DNA of 64,000 nucleotides, from assembly GCA_963702095.1 (NCBI GenBank), contig OY969706.1, positions 1,184,001 to 1,248,000 of the forward strand, given 5' to 3'. This document shows, piece by piece, positions 60,370-64,000 of the stretch (position 1 is the first letter of the stretch; every line of letters starts with the position of its first letter). The translations under genes and the position numbers were made by a program. The stretch comes from Candidatus Bathyarchaeota archaeon. GTDB lineage: Archaea > Thermoproteota > Bathyarchaeia > Bathyarchaeales > Bathycorpusculaceae. The notes beneath the pieces are model-generated. The model was not told where the DNA came from and ran no database searches. It saw only the letters and a list, made by a program, of their open reading frames with translations.

Positions 60370-60807
60370 ATGAAAACTTTACGCATATCCGACGACGCCC
60401 ACCAAAAACTAACCGCCATGCTAGGCGAAATAACCGCCCAAACCATGAAAATGCAAACCTACACCGACGCCATAGAAAACATGCTCTCCACCAGCATCTC
60501 CCTCCCCCCACAACTCCTAAACGAAACCCAAACCTTCATAGAAGCAAACCGCAACCTCGGCTACAACAGCCGCGAAGAATTCATCCGCGACGCCATCCGC
60601 AAACAACTCCGCACACTAAAAGAAGAATACACCTGCATCGAAGTCCCCAAAGACGAATACGAACGGATGCAACAAGCCCTCCAAGATTTAGACACCGACT
60701 TTTTGAGTGTAGACGACTTCATCAATCAGCAAATCCATAGCCTCCTAGCCAAACACCAAGAGATGCTAAAAGAAAAAGAGGCTTACGAACGCAAAACAAC
60801 ACAGTAA
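60370..60807 (+). CDS. RHH-domain regulator
   Basis: MKTLRISDDAH and GYNSREEFIRDAIR. Confidence 0.75.
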   Translation: MKTLRISDDAHQKLTAMLGEITAQTMKMQTYTDAIENMLSTSISLPPQLLNETQTFIEANRNLGYNSREEFIRDAIRKQLRTLKEEYTCIEVPKDEYERMQQALQDLDTDFLSVDDFINQQIHSLLAKHQEMLKEKEAYERKTTQ

Positions 60808-60981
60808 ACTATCTCTGCTGTCTTTAACTATTGTGTTTTCAACGTTTAAAGCGCGTTAACCTCCTTTTGCGGAGAGCGAACTTGGTTTTCAGGTATACAA
60901 TCGTCTAAGCCCTATCTATGCGGTTGCCGCGAACGGTTTATATTAAACAGACTTCAAATTAACTCAGAGGAGCAGAATTGT

Positions 60982-61305
60982 ATGAGCACTGAACCTTTTC
61001 ATGTAACAGACGCCAATTTTGAACAGACAATTAAATCGAACAAGTTAGTGTTGGTGGATTTTTGGGCTAACTGGTGTGGTCCCTGCCGAGCCTTGGCACC
61101 CACCATCACAGAAATAGCACAAGAATACAGCGGCAAAGTCATCATAGGCAAACTCGACGTCGACGAGAACCCTCAGACAGCAGAGAAATTCCAGGTTTTC
61201 AGCATCCCAACCCTGATTGTCTTCAAAGATGGGCAGGAAGCAGACCGCCTTGTAGGGTTATGCCCCAAAAACCGCATCACCGCTGCATTAGCAAAACAGC
61301 AGTAA
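60982..61305 (+). CDS. trxA: Thioredoxin
   Basis: WCGPC and SIPT. Confidence 0.95.
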   Translation: MSTEPFHVTDANFEQTIKSNKLVLVDFWANWCGPCRALAPTITEIAQEYSGKVIIGKLDVDENPQTAEKFQVFSIPTLIVFKDGQEADRLVGLCPKNRITAALAKQQ

Positions 61306-61309
61306 GGCC

Positions 61310-61936
61310 TTAGGCACCCTTCATTTTTTCATACATTTTCTCAAAAGTCCAGCGTATGCTAGATTTGAGTTCTTTTAAGCGTTCCTCGTCCACGTTTTTG
61401 ATGATGATTTCACGGATTAAATCACCTTCACGGACGATATTGTAGCTAAACATTTTCTCCGGCGTCAACTGGCCCAGTCTAACAAGTTCTTTGTCTTTCT
61501 CCTGCATCTTAGCAAACACTTTCTCCACCAAAAAATTGCTAAACGGCGGCGTGTTGACGCTGAAGTTTTTGCTTTCGTCGGGCATAACATGGATCGAGTG
61601 CTTCTCAAAATACATCAAAGCGAGAGGTTCTTCAGCCATGGTTTTGAGGGGTATGACCGTTTCTGCTTCTGCCGCGGGGGTTGATGGCGGTTCAACTGTG
61701 GGTTTGGCTGGCGGGGCAGCTTGTTTGGGCAGCACCACTTCCTGTTGCAGCACAACAGGCGGAACCGCGACTTCTTTTATGTCGCCGCGTTTGAAACCTT
61801 TCTCAAGCAAAATCGTGTTAACCGTATCCAGTGTAGCCTGGACTTCTTGAGTTTCAGCCGTGAGCCTGTCAAGCTGGTCTTCTAAGCGTTTCTTGAAAGC
61901 AATCATAGCCTTCATTTTTTCAGAGTCTTGAGCCAA
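61310..61936 (-). CDS. Hypothetical protein
   Basis: Coiled-coil N-terminus; TPPFSNFL...WTFEKMYEK. Confidence 0.7.
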   Translation of the reverse strand: MAQDSEKMKAMIAFKKRLEDQLDRLTAETQEVQATLDTVNTILLEKGFKRGDIKEVAVPPVVLQQEVVLPKQAAPPAKPTVEPPSTPAAEAETVIPLKTMAEEPLALMYFEKHSIHVMPDESKNFSVNTPPFSNFLVEKVFAKMQEKDKELVRLGQLTPEKMFSYNIVREGDLIREIIIKNVDEERLKELKSSIRWTFEKMYEKMKGA

Positions 61937-62004
61937 ACCAATACACCCGCACACTACTAGCAATAGGTACTTTATCAGTTTAACCCTTCTTGCACTGAAT
62001 GCAT

Positions 62005-62150
62005 AACAAATGAGCGCTCTACTTGAGGAATCCGCCACAACCAACCAGAAACTCCCCTCTCAGCCAAACACCAAAACACAACCGCCCGCCAGGCCCCTAA
62101 GAAGAAGATGAGCAAGGGCGGCCCTCTCTTCTTCTAATACTAAAAAAACA
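62005..62150 (+). repeat. Dispersed intergenic element, copy C
   Basis: tctacttgaggaatccgccacaacca...caaaacacaaccgcc followed by an agaagaaga/tcttcttct hairpin. Confidence 0.6.
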
Positions 62151-62165
62151 GATACCGATAAAGCG

Positions 62166-63935
62166 TTAAGGAGGGGCTTCACCTATCCGTTTAAGTTGCC
62201 CCTTATACATCTCCACAATCTCCTTTGAAGTGGTGGCGTCTTCGGGGGCTTTGTCTGTTCGGTATTTGCCCGTGAAACGTGGAAAACGGATCGCCATACC
62301 GCTGCCTTTGCGGATTGCATCCATCGCAGCCATATGAATGGGACTCAAGGTAACTTCAGCACCTAAAATCTCAAGCACTACCGCCGGCTCAAACCAGACG
62401 TCAGCTTCAAGCATCGATTTAACCCGGCTGTTTTTGCGTGGAACGATATGTTTCTGCAGCATTTCGTGGAGTTGGGCGAGGTCTTTGTCGGTGAAGCCTG
62501 TGCCGCATTTGGTGACTGTTTCGAAGGTGTCGTCTTTCTGCTTGTAAGTTGCCAAGAGCAGGGCGCCGTAGGTGCCTACGCGTTTGCCTCTGCCATGGAA
62601 CGCGCCGACTACAACCAAGTCGACGGTGTCGGTCATTTCGCTGCGGTAGTCCCGTTTGAACTTTATCCATAGCCATCCGCGGCTGCCTGCTTGGTAAACG
62701 GAGTCTTTGCTGGTGGATTTGCACATGACGCCTTCGCAGCCGTCTTCGATGGCTTCTTCAAAGAAGTCTTCGAGTTCCTTGGGGTTTTTGACAAGCTTCT
62801 GTGTGGCTGGCTTGACACGGTCATTGGGTTTGATGGCTGCCTCAAGTGCTTTGCGCCTCTGCGGAAAGGGCTCTTGAGTAAGGTCTTTGCCGTCAACGTA
62901 GAGCGCGTCGAAGGCAAATAGGCTGATGGGGTACTGGGTGATGGCTTCTTCGACGCCGTATTTGCGTCGGCGATGCATCAGCTCTTGGAAGGGCCGCATG
63001 TCGCCTGTTTCTAAGTCCACTGCCACGCATTCGGCTTCGAAAATGGCTTCTTTAGCCGTTATCTGTTCTCGAACCAAAATCACGGCGTCAGGGTACTGGT
63101 CAGAAATGTTTTCCAGTCGTCGTGAGAAAAGCATGACTTTGCTGCCGTTTTTGTGCGCCTGCACCCGTTCGCCATCATACTTGTACTCGGCTACACATTT
63201 ACCGCCGAACTTATCCAGAATCTCCTCGGGCACTCCCAAGCGTTCAGCAAGCATCGGGCGGATGGGTTCGCCCACCATAACCTGGAATTTTTCGATGCCC
63301 TCCAAGCCTTTTTCGGCGACGACACTGGCAACTCTGCCCAAATCCGAGGAAATATTGTAGGCGCGTTCAATTTTTTCCCGGGTTTCTTTGCCGCCGCCAT
63401 ACGAGATTGCCAAAGCTTCGAGCACGGTCATGTCAGCTATGCCTAAGCGCAGGTTGCCTGTGACGGTTCGGATGAGCCATTTGGCTTCTTTAGGCCCGGC
63501 ATCCGTCAAAAGCCCTGAGAGAAGCGCCATTTTTGTGTCTACTGTGCCACTGCCAGATGTTTTGGCCAGTTTGTCTAGGGTTTCATAGACTCGTTCGACT
63601 GTGAGTTTTTTGGTGAAGAAAGTGGATTGTTTGCGTTTGGCGAGTTGTTTCTCTGCGGTTTCGCCTATGTCGCCGCTCTTCTGTAGTTCGGAAAGGATTA
63701 CGCTTTCGCTTCCGCCTGAGGCGCGGATGAGAGCTTTTATGGCGAGTTTTTCTGCGACGCCCATTTCGACGCCGACGAAGTCTGGGCAGAGTTTGCCCTG
63801 TGTCAAGTAAACTACTTTGGCGATGATGTCTTTAGGAGTTTTCTTGAGCAGTTCCACCAGGTAATCGGTCATTTCTAGGCGTTTGGTGGTGGCTTCGATT
63901 TTCTCATACGACTCAGCGATTACAGCGTAATCCAT
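62166..63935 (-). CDS. lig: ATP-dependent DNA ligase
   Basis: EYKYDGER, EGVMCK, WIKFK and RFPRF. Confidence 0.96.
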   Translation of the reverse strand: MDYAVIAESYEKIEATTKRLEMTDYLVELLKKTPKDIIAKVVYLTQGKLCPDFVGVEMGVAEKLAIKALIRASGGSESVILSELQKSGDIGETAEKQLAKRKQSTFFTKKLTVERVYETLDKLAKTSGSGTVDTKMALLSGLLTDAGPKEAKWLIRTVTGNLRLGIADMTVLEALAISYGGGKETREKIERAYNISSDLGRVASVVAEKGLEGIEKFQVMVGEPIRPMLAERLGVPEEILDKFGGKCVAEYKYDGERVQAHKNGSKVMLFSRRLENISDQYPDAVILVREQITAKEAIFEAECVAVDLETGDMRPFQELMHRRRKYGVEEAITQYPISLFAFDALYVDGKDLTQEPFPQRRKALEAAIKPNDRVKPATQKLVKNPKELEDFFEEAIEDGCEGVMCKSTSKDSVYQAGSRGWLWIKFKRDYRSEMTDTVDLVVVGAFHGRGKRVGTYGALLLATYKQKDDTFETVTKCGTGFTDKDLAQLHEMLQKHIVPRKNSRVKSMLEADVWFEPAVVLEILGAEVTLSPIHMAAMDAIRKGSGMAIRFPRFTGKYRTDKAPEDATTSKEIVEMYKGQLKRIGEAPP

Positions 63936-64000
63936 GTTTCTGCTCTCAAACAATACACATTGCTGCAACTATTAAAATTGTCACCCATAAACATCAGCCA

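Noticed and set aside
1-64000. Genome-wide TAG recoding
   Set aside because: Many conserved genes (rnhA fusion, apgM, htpX, znuB) end in TAG at expected C-termini.
1-64000. CRISPR array, rRNA or integrase/att site
   Set aside because: No regularly spaced repeats, rRNA-like tract, recombinase ORF or duplicated tRNA 3' end was seen by eye.

Overview
Archaeal chromosomal window. Gene content and style suggest a TACK archaeon, most likely Bathyarchaeia (inference). Housekeeping genes include leuS, ATP-dependent DNA ligase, apgM, an htpX-like protease, nreA, trxA, mscL, znuBC, the ahbABCD heme pathway, and tRNA-Asp, tRNA-Ile and tRNA-Arg. Two accessory regions interrupt them. (1) A complete 3,874-bp cargo-carrying IS6-like transposon (9229-13102) has perfect 22-bp terminal inverted repeats and a 9-bp target duplication. 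It carries a DDE transposase, an unannotated RHH gene, a small ORF, a DNA methyltransferase fused to an Mrr-like nuclease, a wHTH protein and a non-canonical tRNA gene (ACU anticodon, C33, short variable loop, Arg-type identity elements, structured leader). (2) A ~15-kb island (~20.8-35.3 kb) holds a terminase large subunit without capsid or portal genes, a decayed P-loop ATPase, a divergent polyprenyl synthase and many secreted beta-propeller and beta-helix surface proteins. A ~130-bp C/A-rich-plus-hairpin intergenic element occurs at least three times. Several single-base frameshifts in conserved genes are probably assembly errors. All product calls come from motif recognition only; no searches were run.
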